Part shown: positions 24,531 to 40,599 of the stretch, in pieces | How positions within the stretch are numbered: position 1 is the first letter of the stretch | How the letters are laid out: the number at the start of each line of letters is the position of its first letter | DNA from: Octopus sinensis | Lineage: Eukaryota | Direction: 5' to 3' | DNA: 64,000 bases | NCBI RefSeq assembly: GCF_006345805.1 | Contig: NC_043008.1 | Location: 57,908,001 to 57,972,000 of the forward strand | The notes under the pieces: generated by a model | Seen by the model: the letters and a program-made list of their open reading frames with translations, nothing else | Told to the model about the DNA's origin: nothing | Database searches by the model: none | Position numbers and translations under genes: made by a program

Positions 24531-24865
24531 ACAACCTACTAAATAATCTTAGTCACTCTTAACTGGTTGCCGAACAAAAAGATTCTGTGGTTTAGTTGTT
24601 AAGAGCCTACATGCTATGAAATGCCATTTAACGTTTTTATGTTGTTAAACACTGCTTGACTACTAAAGTTGTCACAACGTAGGGACATACAATAAATTAT
24701 CATTAAAAGAAGGATGCAGTTCATCTAAGTACTTTCATTCTTTGAAAGACACGAACTATTGATTTTCTAATTCGATGTCCAATTCTGAATTCTAATTTTT
24801 ATAGAGTAATTTCCGCTCAAATCTGATCCATCAGCTTTGTTTAAATAAAGAATAAAATAAAATGG

Positions 24866-25498
24866 CACGTCGGTTTTCATGCCTGTCTTCACCTATGGTC
24901 ATGAATGTAGGGTAATGACGAAAAGAGAACGAGTGTGTATACAAGCGACTGAAGTGCGGTTCTCCGAAGATCTCTGGAGTAAGGTTACTCGACAGGGTTC
25001 GTAGCTCGGAGATCATGGAGTCTCTCGAGGTCTCTCCAGGTCGAGCAGCTTCTTCTCTGCATTGGTCATGAATGTAGGGTAATGACGAAAAGAGGACGAG
25101 TATGAATACAAGCGACTGAAGTAGGATTCTACGAAGGACCTCTGGAGTAAGGTTATTCGACAGGGTTCGTAGCTCGGAGATCATGGACTCTCTCGAGATC
25201 TCTCCAAGTCGAGCAGCTTCTTCTCTGCATTGAGAAATCACAGCTCCAGTATTACGGGCGTATGATTAGAATGTCGCAGGAAAGAATGGCAAGTCGGATT
25301 CTTCAAGAGGAACCGACCGGAATAGACCGACAACGAGATCGTTAGATAAAATCCATTGTCTCAATTGGACACCCTTGGGAATCCAGCTGGAAAGTGTAAT
25401 GATGGTTGCTTCTGATAGGTGCCTATAGAAGGAACCGCTCGAAGACACTGCCCCCACAACCTATTCAAGAATAGTGGATGAAGATGGATAGATGGATA
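24866..25498 (+). mobile_element. RTE-clade LINE 3' remnant with an internal 167-bp tandem duplication
   Basis: TYGHE...TKR..IQATEVRF.RR..GV.LLDRVRSSEI motif; units start at 24897 and 25064; GATGGAT-type tail. Confidence 0.8.
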
Positions 25499-26057
25499 AA
25501 ATGGCAATACTTGCATATAACAACGTCTTTTATTAGCTTTTCAGAACTGTTTATCGTTGGATGCTCTCTGAAAAGTTCTTTATTCGAAGGTTTATTCCTC
25601 CAAATAGATAAAACAATTACAGTTGTGACAACCGCAACTTAACTCACATTTTCAGAAGCTGAGATAATTCAATCCGTTACAAATCGCTTCAGTTTCACTT
25701 TATTGTCATCTGTCATTATTTCATACCGGCATACAGACTTTTTTTTATAACATATTCTCATATCTTTTAGATGTCTTTGAAGAAATTATTTTCATAGCGT
25801 TAATTCTTTTAGTTTTAAATTTAATACTCGTTTTCCAAACACTTAAGCATTATCAATAAATAATTATTCCTTTGTCATTTTCAATAATATTCCTTGCTAT
25901 TTTCCAAACTAGTTTATGCCATGCTACTCAAAATTTTATGTACGCTCCTTGAATATTAAACTTCCCACATTACATTTTCGTAATTGCCTGAAGATTGGTA
26001 CGAAAGACACACAAGAATAAACTGAAAAATTTCAACTTAAAATACATACACTCATAC

Positions 26058-26126
<69 letters not shown>

Positions 26127-26127
26127 A

Positions 26128-26502
26128 TCTAATAACGGGCAGTTTGTCTGTGCGTTTTCTGTGTGTCTGTTTTCTCGTACCCTCACTCTGACTACGGCTT
26201 TCAACCGATTCTGATGAAACTTGACACACACATAGCCCAATGTCATAATTCAAAACTAACGCAGCGAAAATTTTGAAAAGTTCCCCCAGTTCTGAAAAAA
26301 ATCGATAAATTCGACATGGGGTCGAGAAGCAGAAACCCAAACCACAGATCGTCTAGGGGACGCAACTCCACCTTTTTTAACTCTAAAAAAATTTACCTTC
26401 ATTTTTTCCCCATTTTTTTGCTATTTTTTGGCTATAACTCTCTAAAAATGCTTTATAGTTATTTCCCTTACAAACCTGAGCAACGCCGGGCGATACTGCT
26501 AG
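26128..26502 (+). mobile_element. Non-autonomous Helitron
   Basis: A|TCTAATAAC ... CCTGAGCAACGCCGGGCGATACTGCTAG|T; reverse-complement match to 2947-3322. Confidence 0.85.
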
Positions 26503-26636
26503 TATATACATATGTATGCATGTATGTATGTATGTATGTATGTATGTATGTATGTATGTATGTATGCATGTATGTATGCATGTATGTATGTAAGTATGGT
26601 ATGTATGTATGTATGCATGTATGTATGTATGCTTGC

Positions 26637-26671
<35 letters not shown>

Positions 26672-27064
26672 CGCACACACACACACACACACATATATAT
26701 ATAATTATATATATATATATATATACATATATATACACATACACATGTGTGTGTGTGCGTGTACGTGCATAGATGTATACATATATGTATATCTTTATAT
26801 CTTTATATATATATATATATATTCACACGCAAGCATACATACATACGCACATAAAAATGGGTGTGTCTTCATACATATATTCATAATGTGTGTGTGTGTG
26901 TTTGTGTGTGGTGTGTGTGGACATCGATACCCGCAACTGGACAAGAGCCAACTGAGGACGGAAACTACTGAAGGTGATCAATAGATCGATTCTCTTCTGA
27001 TATTACAACTCAAGACATTCATACGGCCTGTCATCGTCGACAATTGATGGGCTACATACGCTTA

Positions 27065-27122
<58 letters not shown>

Positions 27123-27509
27123 TATTATATATATTATATATATAGTAGACAGACGCACATAAGCTAATTTTAATTTAATTGCTGAGAGTGCACCAAAGCT
27201 CAATAGGTAGTTGGTGCTATGACTATATGCTTATGTGTGTCTGTGTGTGGGTATATATCTACTAAGTAAATGCGAATGTATATGGTTATGTATGTGTGTT
27301 TAGTCTCAAAAGGTTCTGGAAATGGTGCGTCCTCGAGAAAAACGAATTTGATTTTCGAAATCTGCGTCCCAAAGATAATATATATTATCTCTCACGCATT
27401 GCTTTCATTTTGTTTCCAAAACTTCGTCTTCTAATGTTTATTTTCATTTTTCCACAGCTATCGCGTACAAATCCTGTCTTTGATTGTGTAAAAACGTCAA
27501 ACTTTAAAC

Positions 27510-27735
27510 CTCTCTTACTCTTTTACTTGCTTCAGTCACTTGACTGTGGTCATGCTGGAGCACCGCCTTTTAGTCGAGCAAATCGATCCCGGGACTTATT
27601 CTTTGCAAGCCCAGTACTTATTCTATGGGTCTCTTTTGCCGAACCGCTAAGTTACGGGGACATAAACACACTAGAAACAGTTGTCAAGCGATGTTGGGGG
27701 GACAAACACAGACACACAAATACACACATTTGCAA
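27510..27735 (-). mobile_element. SINE family A 3' half
   Basis: Matches 17161-17400. Confidence 0.8.
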
Positions 27736-28039
27736 GGGTTACATTGTTGACCCTTGCAAATGATGAGGGGAAGTTTTTTATGACAAAAATTTTGAGAATT
27801 TATGAACCCGCCCTCCCTTCTCGATCGATTTCGTCCAATTTTTATTCTGCCCTGCGCAGTTAAAAACAATGAGAGACGTCTTTTCGGTGAAAAAAAAAAT
27901 TTCTTTGAATTTAAGAATTTTTCAAAACCACTCCTCCCCCACTCAGTACTGATTTTGGTTATTTTTTTCTTTTATTTAATCTATTTATTTATTTATTTAT
28001 TTGGATCTTTACCTTTTAATTTTTTTGTAACTATATTTT

Positions 28040-28380
28040 TTTGTAACTACACACTTTCAAACTTCGGACACTGGTAGAATGTGTCATATAAAACATATTT
28101 TACTCTTAGCGTTTTTGAGAAAAGCTTATATTTACGAAGTTATTTCGTGTTAAAGTTGTCGTGTTTCGGTAATTTGAACCAATCAATGACGTGTATTCAG
28201 CTGAATAAACTTACTGCTGTTGTTTGTCAACAACAACTTTCGGCGGTGTACATTTCGTTTGTCACTGTTATTTATGACATATTTCTTCTCAGATACGTTT
28301 GTATGAATAAACGAGTGTATCTGAAGCATGTTTACTTCATGGCACCACCACAATCGTTCGTGCATTTCTACTACTTTTAG
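28040..28380 (+). mobile_element. Foldback-family (subfamily C) arm fragment
   Basis: Colinear with 11050-11380. Confidence 0.8.
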
Positions 28381-28595
28381 TTCGTTGTTTCTTCTTTTTT
28401 TATCCGTTTATTTGAATTGTTTGTTTGTTTATATATATATATATATATATAGGTAAACAGTAAAATTAAATACAGACATGGACAAGAACATGAAACACCA
28501 CAGAGACGACACAAGAACCACAGGACGGGACATTCGAAGCCCTCAGTCATCAGTCAAGAACCAGATCATCTTAGCAATTTCGGCTGATTAATCTG

Positions 28596-28634
<39 letters not shown>

Positions 28635-29292
28635 AAAATTTAACAAAAACATAACAAACGGGAGATTTTACAAAAACATAACAAGCAGGAAATTCGAGCT
28701 TATCAGTCAATGTCCTCATCAGTCAATGTCTTCATCAATCAATGTCTTCATCAGTCAATATCCAATTTCTCATCGGTCAATGTCCAAAACAGCTTTACAG
28801 TTTCGCGCCTTTAACGTTGATATTGTTCACTTTTGGTGGTGCCAGTGGCGAAAAGTCACTGGGAATAGCTAACGAACGCACAAGACAATGACGAAAACAA
28901 ACACAACAAAATGAAATATACATATACAAAAAAAAAAAAAAAGCCGTGCAGCCGCGAGGCAGACGGTTATAGGGTAACACAAAGGAAAATGAAAACGTCC
29001 TGTAGGACTGGAGACAACAGGACAGATAGAAAGTCAGAACGAAAGAAGTAAAGTATGAGGGAGGAAAAGAGAGAAATGGAGAGGGAGTAAGAAAGAAAGA
29101 GAGAGAAGGAGGAGGAAGACAAAAGAGAGGCAAAGAAAAGAGAAAAGAGCAGAAATAGACGTCGCACGAAAGAATTCCCCAAAATAAAAAATTAGGAAAC
29201 GAGATATATCAGGAATGCGATAGAGTTACATACGTAATTTTTTAAAATCTAGCATAAGCATTATAAATTATAAATGGAAAATTTTACGATAT

Positions 29293-29336
<44 letters not shown>

Positions 29337-29497
29337 AGATATGGGTGGTAAATTCAACCATCCATGGGATAACATATATCCAATATACTGCTAGAGAGGT
29401 ACCCAACAAAAAACTAATACATAAATGTTAAAAATTGCGATGCAATTAATTCATCTACTGTATATGTGGGCAAGGGTAAAATTATTACCGTAAATTA

Positions 29498-29683
29498 ATA
29501 TACAAAATGAGAAAATGGAGAGACATACCTAAATTAATCATCAACCATCAGATAATACACACTGAATACTTTATTAAACCATTACACAACAGCAATTGTT
29601 GTGTAATGGTTTAATAAAGTATTGAGTGGGTATTATCTGATGGTTGATGATTAATTTAGGTATATTTCTCCATTTTCTCATTT

Positions 29684-29690
<7 letters not shown>
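29498..29690. repeat. Long palindrome, 94-bp arms, 5-nt loop
   Basis: 29498-29591 is the near reverse complement of 29597-29690. Confidence 0.9.
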
Positions 29691-29721
<31 letters not shown>

Positions 29722-29903
29722 CATACATATATGCATGCATACACAGATACATACATACATACATACATACATGCATACACACACACACATATGAATGTTC
29801 AGTTTATAGGAAAGATCCAGAGGAAGAATTACAAGGGAGCCAGATGTCACAATGATCACACTTGCGTGAGAGTTAATTCCGGGGAAAAGCGAGACGTGAT
29901 TTG

Positions 29904-30215
29904 GAGAACATAAGAATAATGGAAAACAGAGACAAATACTCAAGATCTTATTTAAATCATTTATATCACCATATCACCGACATATGTTTCGATGGATGCA
30001 TTAAAATAAATCCGAGAGGATGAATAATGTGGAACAATGCATCAATTTTATCATTATATCCTTCCTGGTAAGATTGATGCATTGTTCCACATTAATCATC
30101 CTCTAGGATTTATTTTAATGCATCCATCGAAACATATGTTGGTGATATGGTCATATAAATGATTTAAATAACATCTTGAGCGTTTGTTTTCATTTTCCAT
30201 CATTCTTATATTCTC
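29904..30215. repeat. Long palindrome, 143-bp arms, 26-nt loop
   Basis: 29904-30046 is the near reverse complement of 30073-30215. Confidence 0.9.
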
Positions 30216-30436
30216 TCTTTTACTCTTTTACTTGTTTCAGTCATTTTGACTGCGGCCATGCTGGAGCACCGCCTTTAGTCGAGCAACTCGACCCCGGGAC
30301 TTATTCTTTGTAAGCCCAGTACTTGTTCTATCGGTCTCTTTTGCCGAACCGCTAAACGACGGGGACGTAAACACACCAGCATCGGTTGTCAAACAATGCT
30401 AGGGGGACAAACACAGACACACAAATATATATATAG

Positions 30437-30468
<32 letters not shown>

Positions 30469-30634
30469 TACGACGGGCTTCTTTCAGTTTCTGTCTACCA
30501 AATCCACACACAAGGCTTTGGTCGGCCCAAGGCTATAGTAGAAGACAGTTGCCCAAGGTGCCACGCAGTGGGACTGAACCCGGAACCATGTGGTTGGTAA
30601 ACAAGCTACTTACCACATAGCCACTCCTGCGCCT
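30213..30634 (-). mobile_element. SINE family A, full length
   Basis: Colinear with 17161-17575; internal (TA)n. Confidence 0.9.
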
Positions 30635-31101
30635 GTATATATATATATGTTCCAATGTCTGGTATGGTTCCTACGACTAGATACTCTTCTTAACAACAAC
30701 AACCACTTTACAACATAGATTGGATGTTTTTTCGTGCCACTGAAGTTGCGATGCAGCTTGTAGAAATGGCCTAGTGGTAAGAGTGTTACATTCACGATCG
30801 CAAGAACACGGTTTCGATTCTTCGACCAGTCACTGCGTTGTGTACTTGTTTTAAACCCCGTCATTTCAGGTTGTTCCAGTCCATACGGCTGTAAATTATT
30901 ACCTTTTGACGTATTGTTGTCTCGTTTAGCAAGAAATGTCCTGATCTCAATCACTTTTATGCCATAGGCCCACCCGCCTAGCTAGTGGGGCGTTAGCATT
31001 TGAAAGCTACAACAATGCGAGGAAGTGCATTGTGACCAGCGGTGCATGGCGTGGCTGTGTGGTAAGAGGCTTGCTTCCCAACTATATGGTTCCAGGTTCA
31101 G

Positions 31102-31256
31102 TATTTTCGCGCCCGACATAACAAAATACATCTGAATAAACATTGTCGGACAGCAAATAGAGACTCATTTTTAACCTCGTATATAGTACGCACTAGGGAT
31201 TTTGACCTTTAAATTTTGGGGAAAAAATGCGGATTATACTCGAGGATTTACGGTAT
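31102..31256. mobile_element. 3' part of a pogo/Tigger-like MITE
   Basis: Matches 46625-46801; ends GGATTATACTCGAGGATTTACGG|TA. Confidence 0.75.
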
Positions 31257-31759
31257 ATATATATCTAACTACCAAAGACCGGACTTTTTATTGAAATTTC
31301 AAGAGTTCTCTCCCTTACTTCTTTTGAGTATTATTTTTCATTTATACTATTTCTCTCTCTCTCATTCTCTCTCTCTCTTTCTCTCTCTCCCTCACTCACT
31401 CATTTGGGTTGTATGTTCACTTATTTAAGAATTATTTTCAGCTCACTACCTCAAGTATGGTAGCTTGGAAAATTTTCGTCGAGTCGATTCCGTTCCTCAA
31501 CACACAAAATATTGGTGAAATTGGAGATACAATAAAAGTACTTCTTTGCAGCGTTTGTAGGACCGCGTTTAGAGCATTATGATGATGGTATATCCCGTGT
31601 GTGTGTGTACATATTTATAAATATGCATGTATATATTTATAAGTGAATGTATATTGATAACAAGAGATTCCTATCTGAGGTCTATTACTGTCTATCCTTC
31701 TGTCTCTCCATGTATGCGATCTGATATACACACACGCTGGTATGTATGCATGTATGTAT

Positions 31760-31792
31760 TGTATATATATATATATATATATGTATATATGA

Positions 31793-31844
<52 letters not shown>

Positions 31845-31887
31845 CACACACACGTATATAATTATATATATGTATATATGGTATATA

Positions 31888-31930
<43 letters not shown>

Positions 31931-32087
31931 ATAATATATATATTATATATACATACATATATATATATATTATATATATATATATATATATACCAACATA
32001 TATATATACATATATATATATATACATATATATATATAAATATATATATAATATAAACATATCAGTGTATTATATTCAGTATGTAAT

Positions 32088-32123
<36 letters not shown>

Positions 32124-32259
32124 ATTAATATATGTATATATAGATATATATATAGATACAATATACGATATATATACTGATATGTTTATTTTTATATATA
32201 AACTGATATAATATATTCATTATATGAATGTGTGTATATAAATAATTTTATACAGATAT

Positions 32260-32301
<42 letters not shown>

Positions 32302-32325
32302 ATATATATAATATATATATATATC
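31760..32325. repeat. Degenerate (TA)n tract
   Basis: Direct reading. Confidence 0.95.
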
Positions 32326-32584
32326 AAGATTTTATAGATAGTTTGATGGATATGTTCAACCATTCCAAATATATTTCAACGTCAATACACCGAGTTCCTG
32401 AAGCGGTCATCAGATAACTGAACTAAGCGTTCTCCATCGAATCTCTCTCCCCCCCTCTCTCCCACCCCTCCTCTTCTCCTCCCCCCCTCCCCATTCGCCT
32501 CTGTACACACCGCCATACACTGAAAAATTCCCAAATATCAATAAATATAAACTCTGGAACAACCCTCCTCCGTTCTCTATGAAT

Positions 32585-33614
32585 TTTTTTCTGAACCATC
32601 ATCACCACCAACTCCGACCTCCACCACCACCACCGCCAACACCACCACCGCTACTACCACCACCACCACCACCACCAAACCACCACCACCGCCACCGCCA
32701 CCACCACCACCACCACCACCAAACCACCACCACCACCTCCGCCTCCACCACCACCGCTACACCATCACACCACCACTCCTGACCTCCACCACCACGCCCA
32801 AACAACACCACCACCACCACCACCGCACCGCAACCCGCTCACCACCACCACCACACCACCACCAAACCACCACACCACCACCTCCGCCCCACCACCCCGC
32901 TCTACCACCACCACCACCGCCAACACCACCACCACCACCTCCGCCTCCACCACCACCGCTACTACCACCACCACCACCACCACCATATATTCGTGCAAAA
33001 ATATATAAAACACAAATATACACATACATACATACATACATATATATATATACAGAAAATTACAACACAATACAAAACAAACACACACAAGCATACTGTT
33101 ATACATTCCTATAGATACACGCATGCATACACACATATACATACTCTTATACACAATATATACGGAGTACACAGAACACAATATATTCACATACAATAGA
33201 CACACAACACAAAATGCACACACACACACACACACACATACATGCATGCCATAAGTGCAGGGACGAAATTGGTGTGTGTGTGTGTGTGTATGTGTGTGCA
33301 CCCAGTTTTTCAGCGGGTATGTTCAAAGCATTTTCACAACCCAGCAAAAAAATTTTAGCGGTGTGCATTTGCACCGTGCTTCCCCTGTACCTGAGCCTGA
33401 TGCATATAAACATACATACATGCATGCATGCATACACGCATACATACATAAACACACGTACACACATGAACTCAATGCATATATAATACATATACACGTA
33501 TATAATACACACGCAATACGTACATACATACATACATACATAATACATACATACGTACATACATGAACACACGTACACACATGCAAACATTCAATACATA
33601 CACACACACATATA

Positions 33615-33649
<35 letters not shown>

Positions 33650-34135
33650 CACACGTACATAATACATACAGAATTCATAAATGCATACATACATAAATAT
33701 GTGTGCACATGCAAACACACAACATAAGACACCCTACACACACACACACATACAGATACACATACATACACACAGACATGCACACAGACACATGTACACA
33801 CACACACAGATACACATACATACACACAGACACAGATACACATACGTACACACAGACATGCACACAGACACACACACACACAGACACATGTACGTACACA
33901 CACGGAGACACACATACATACACACAGACACATGTACACACACACACACGGAGACACACATACACAGACACACACACACACAGATACACATACATACACA
34001 CAGACATGCACACACAGACACATGTACACACACACACACGGAGACACACATACACAGACACAGACACACACAGATACACATACATAGACACATACATACA
34101 TACAGGCAGAAATACGAGCATACACACACACATGC
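32585..34135. repeat. (CAC)n array followed by a CA-rich compound microsatellite/minisatellite
   Basis: (CAC)n 32585-32985; CA/CATA-rich 33000-34135, with recurring motifs such as CACAGACACATGTACAC. Confidence 0.9.
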
Positions 34136-34497
34136 AACAAGAGACACGGTCACACAGTCACACAATCGCACAAGATTCGCAACAGCTCCGAGTGCATCAG
34201 ACGAAAGCACCAATGTCGCAACATCAACAGCAACAGTAACGGCATTTGTAACGTTAGCAATAGCAGCAGCAGCAGTAGTAGTAGTAGTAGTAATAGTAGC
34301 ATTGATGGTAGTAATAGTAGTAGTATAGTGGTAGTGCGAGTATGTTGTAGCGAAAGCACGACCGACTACAAGATGACAGGATGACGTCCCTAGCACCGAG
34401 TAGATACCCTTTCAGTTTTCCTTCTTCTTCCTCCCCATCTTATTCTTATTATCATCGTCGCCAGCTTCTTCATCACCGCCGTCACTATAACAATAAG

Positions 34498-34533
<36 letters not shown>

Positions 34534-34689
34534 CAACCATCATCATCATCAGCAGCAGCAACATCGTTATCATCGTTATTACCGTTGTCATTACCAACAA
34601 CATCACCAATTTAACAACAACAACAACAACAAACAACACCAACCAGAATAATAAGCAATAACAACATCATGAACAAACCTCACCGCTGT

Positions 34690-34692
34690 ACC

Positions 34693-34734
<42 letters not shown>

Positions 34735-34822
34735 CAGAAATATTAAATTTCTAAATATCTCATAGAGATATGTGGTTGTATACTGTCAACTTAACGTGAC
34801 AGTTCCGTTATAATAATAATAA

Positions 34823-34853
<31 letters not shown>

Positions 34854-35085
34854 AATAGTAATAATAATAAATAAATAAAAATAGTAATAATTATAATAAT
34901 AATAGTAATAATAAATAAATAAATAAAAATAGTAAAATAAATAATAAAAATAATATAATAATAATAAAAAATAAAAATAGTAATAATAGAATAATAAATA
35001 AATAAAAATAGTAATAATAAATAAATAATAAAAATAGTAATAATAAATAAAAATAATAATAATACTAATAATAGTAATAATAAAT

Positions 35086-35118
<33 letters not shown>

Positions 35119-35374
35119 AATAGTAATAATAAATAAATAAAAATAATAATAATAATAATAGTAATAATAAATAAATAAAAATAATAATAATATAATAATA
35201 ATAATAATAAATAAAATAATATAATAATAATAATAAATAAATAAATAAAAATGTAATAATAATAAATAAAAAAAATAATAATAAAATAGAATAAAAATAA
35301 ATAAAAATAATAATAATAATAATAGTAATAATAAATAAAAAATAATAATAATAAATAATAATAATAATAATAAT

Positions 35375-35406
<32 letters not shown>

Positions 35407-35462
35407 GTAATAATGAATAAATAAATAAAAATAGTAATAGTAATAATAAATAAAAAATAATA
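34690..35462. repeat. Degenerate (AAT)n/(AAAT)n tract
   Basis: Direct reading; 34805-35462 is almost entirely A/T. Confidence 0.95.
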
Positions 35463-36020
35463 GCTCCTCTGCTTTCAATGAACTCCCTTTATCGATAACA
35501 ATTACAGAAATGAACGAACCTCAACGTACCCCTCAATAACAACAGCAGCAGCAGCGGCAACAGTAGCAGCAGCAGCAGCGGCAGCAGCGGTAGCAGCAGC
35601 AGCAGCAGCTGCAAGATAAACAAAAACAAGGAGAGTAAAGAGCATCCCTTAACGCAACCCCCCATAAAAAAAAAAACAAACACACAGGGGGGGAAAAATG
35701 AACAATCCCCTGTATAACCTCACAACGGCACCACCTATACCATTGACAAACGCAAGAGGGATCGCTTCATAGATGGACCTTCTCCTGGTTCCCCTCACCC
35801 CCCTCGCTTAGTCTTTTCCATACATAAACACATACATACACACATATATATAACATAAGACCACAGCAAAAAAGCATATATACACGCATATATACACACT
35901 CGCTGTATAGCATTAAACAACACTACGTGCTGTTGGTTCCATTGGCGGGTGATTTTTCTCATCACCACCAATACCCTCTGATTTGGGGGGTGAGGAAGGA
36001 GAACCGGGAGTTAAGATACG

Positions 36021-36138
36021 ATGCTTGGGGTGCTAAATTTCGAATGTATCCTGGATGACCCCGACCAGGTGTACACTGCAGGTGATAAGATCAAAGGCAG
36101 CCTCAGTATACACCTGAGGTCGCCGATTGCCATCACAG
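36021..36138 (+). CDS. First coding exon of an alpha-arrestin (arrestin-domain-containing, ARRDC-like) gene
   Basis: ATG 36021, MLGVLNFECILDDPDQVYTAGDKIKGSLSIHLRSPIAIT(G), fits the Arrestin_N start pattern F-x-I-x-L-D-x-P-x-x-V-Y-x-x-G-x-x-I-x-G; ends at a strong phase-1 donor CAG|GTAAGG; lies in unique, GC-richer sequence. Confidence 0.75.
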
Positions 36139-36176
36139 GTAAGGCGAATTGATGTTTTCCCGTTTTGTTCTAGCAC

Positions 36177-36243
<67 letters not shown>

Positions 36244-36813
36244 ATCATATAAGGTATATATAATATATGTATATCATACAATATATGTATGCCTTGTTTT
36301 TATCAATAAATACATGTAGCTTTTATTACGTATACATACACAGACACACACACATATAAACACACACACCACACACACACACAACACACACACAGACACT
36401 TAGACACACACACACGCACACATATACACAGTATTTTACATGTATATTTACACACTTCATGCATGTCTACACAGAGATACAAATATGCCGATAAACACAC
36501 AAACATAAATTTGGGAATGTGTGAGAGACAGATAGGTAGATAGAGAGAAGGAGAGAGAGAGTGAGTGAGAGAGAGAGTGAGAGAGAGAGAGAGAGAGAGA
36601 GATACCCATAAATTCATGATCACATTATGTATTTATATTTATATAAAGAGTGGGAAACACAATTCACATACGCGTATGTAGTTGTATGATTGTGTGTGTA
36701 TATATATATATAGGTATGTATATATATATATATATACGTATGAATATATATATATATATCCATACATATACATATATGCTTCTGTAAATATGTTTTCATA
36801 CACACACACACAC

Positions 36814-36889
<76 letters not shown>

Positions 36890-38220
36890 GTCTGTCAGTC
36901 TATGTGCGTGCGTATACGTGTGTGTAAACACATTGAATGAAATATATGCACGACGAATGTGTCTGTGTATGAAAGTGTGTATATGTATTACATTATATAT
37001 ATATATATAGACACAGGTATAAACATAACAGTCAAATAATGTCTAACCTCTGATATATGGTACTGCCTGTTTTCTGGTTTTGTCTCTCTATACCCCCCTC
37101 TCTCTTCACACACATTTAATAATAATAATAACAATAATAATAAAAATAACAATAATTCCTCCGTCTTTCATACACGCATAATGATTTCTTAGACACAAAA
37201 ACCATCCATTTACACGAAACAAAAGGAAATTATATGATGTGAACTTCATTCGTTGACCAAAACCATTTAGGGGGACTTGAGTGAATTTGAACCCGTTTCT
37301 GAAAAACCCGACAATGAAAACAAACTCGGAGGATTCGTCATGTAATGATATAGTAATAGTTAGTAGTTTTATAGACTTAGAAATAGGAAAATGACTGGAA
37401 TTTAATTATGAAAAGGCGGAGGGAAATGATATGTGAATATGTGAAGTTCATGCATTTCTCAGTAGCCACCACAATCACTCATCATTATCGTCCTCATTTA
37501 CCATCTCCTTTCAAGAATCACCGAAACCCGTGATAAACACTTAAAAATAGTTATTTTTTCCTAAAGAAGAAAATGTTAAGAGGGTGATGTTGTGACGTTA
37601 ATGTATTTCCACAAGAAAAGAATGACAAAAATATTAGTGATTTAATCTGTTGGACACAGGAAATTAGGTCGCGGATAAAAGACACGAGACAAATCGAAAC
37701 AAACACCCTTTAATAAATTCCCCAGAGTTAAAGCAGAAGACCTTATGTTTATATATCAAAAGCCTCGATAGTTAAATGAGATTTAGTGGCATTCATGCTG
37801 TTCTTTCGGTTTTGTTTGGACATTAATTAAAGGAAATGTTTACAACCGGGTATCGAAACCGGGTCGTAGATTCATTTCATGATGTAATGTCATATGATAT
37901 CTTCACATATACGGGTAGAAGTTAGCCAGAGATATATGAAAAAAAAAAAAAAGGTGAAATGAGAATGTGTAGTGTTCATGCCTGTTTTTTTTTCTCAAGG
38001 ACATTGAAGATAGATATTAACCAAAGTGCTAATGCCGGGCTCCAAAACCTTGTGGCAATCTTGTGTGTGTGTGTGTGTGCGAGCGCGCGCGAATATATAT
38101 ATATGTGTGTGTGCGTGTGTGTGTATATATATATATATATATCTTCATAATTTTTAGATAGCCGCCGTCCGCGAGTGGTTCCCGAGATAAACGCCAGGAT
38201 TATCTAATTCCCACTAACCT

Positions 38221-38265
<45 letters not shown>

Positions 38266-38317
38266 CAGTGGGTTTGTAAGGATGTCTCTGTCTCTCTCTC
38301 CCCCTCCAACTCTATAC

Positions 38318-38400
<83 letters not shown>

Positions 38401-38488
38401 AGTTTGTATGTGTATATATGTATACTGTCTATATAGACGAAACACTTAACATCACATGTATATATAAGTATATAGATATATACGTAAG

Positions 38489-40466
<1,978 letters not shown>

Positions 40467-40533
40467 CACACGAGTGTATTTTTCCTGTCTTAATAGACTC
40501 TTAGATGACTTTATATATATGTATGTATGTATG

Positions 40534-40599
<66 letters not shown>

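Noticed and set aside
26208-26225. CTGATGAAAC in the Helitron copies as a hammerhead core
   Set aside because: The CUGAUGA and GAAAC overlap, leaving no stems.
26952-26965. CUGAGGA-CG-GAAAC as a hammerhead
   Set aside because: No stem II, and no stem I or III pairing.
32340-32420. Minus-strand CUGAUGA...GAAA as a hammerhead
   Set aside because: Stem II does not abut GAAA and stem I cannot be formed.
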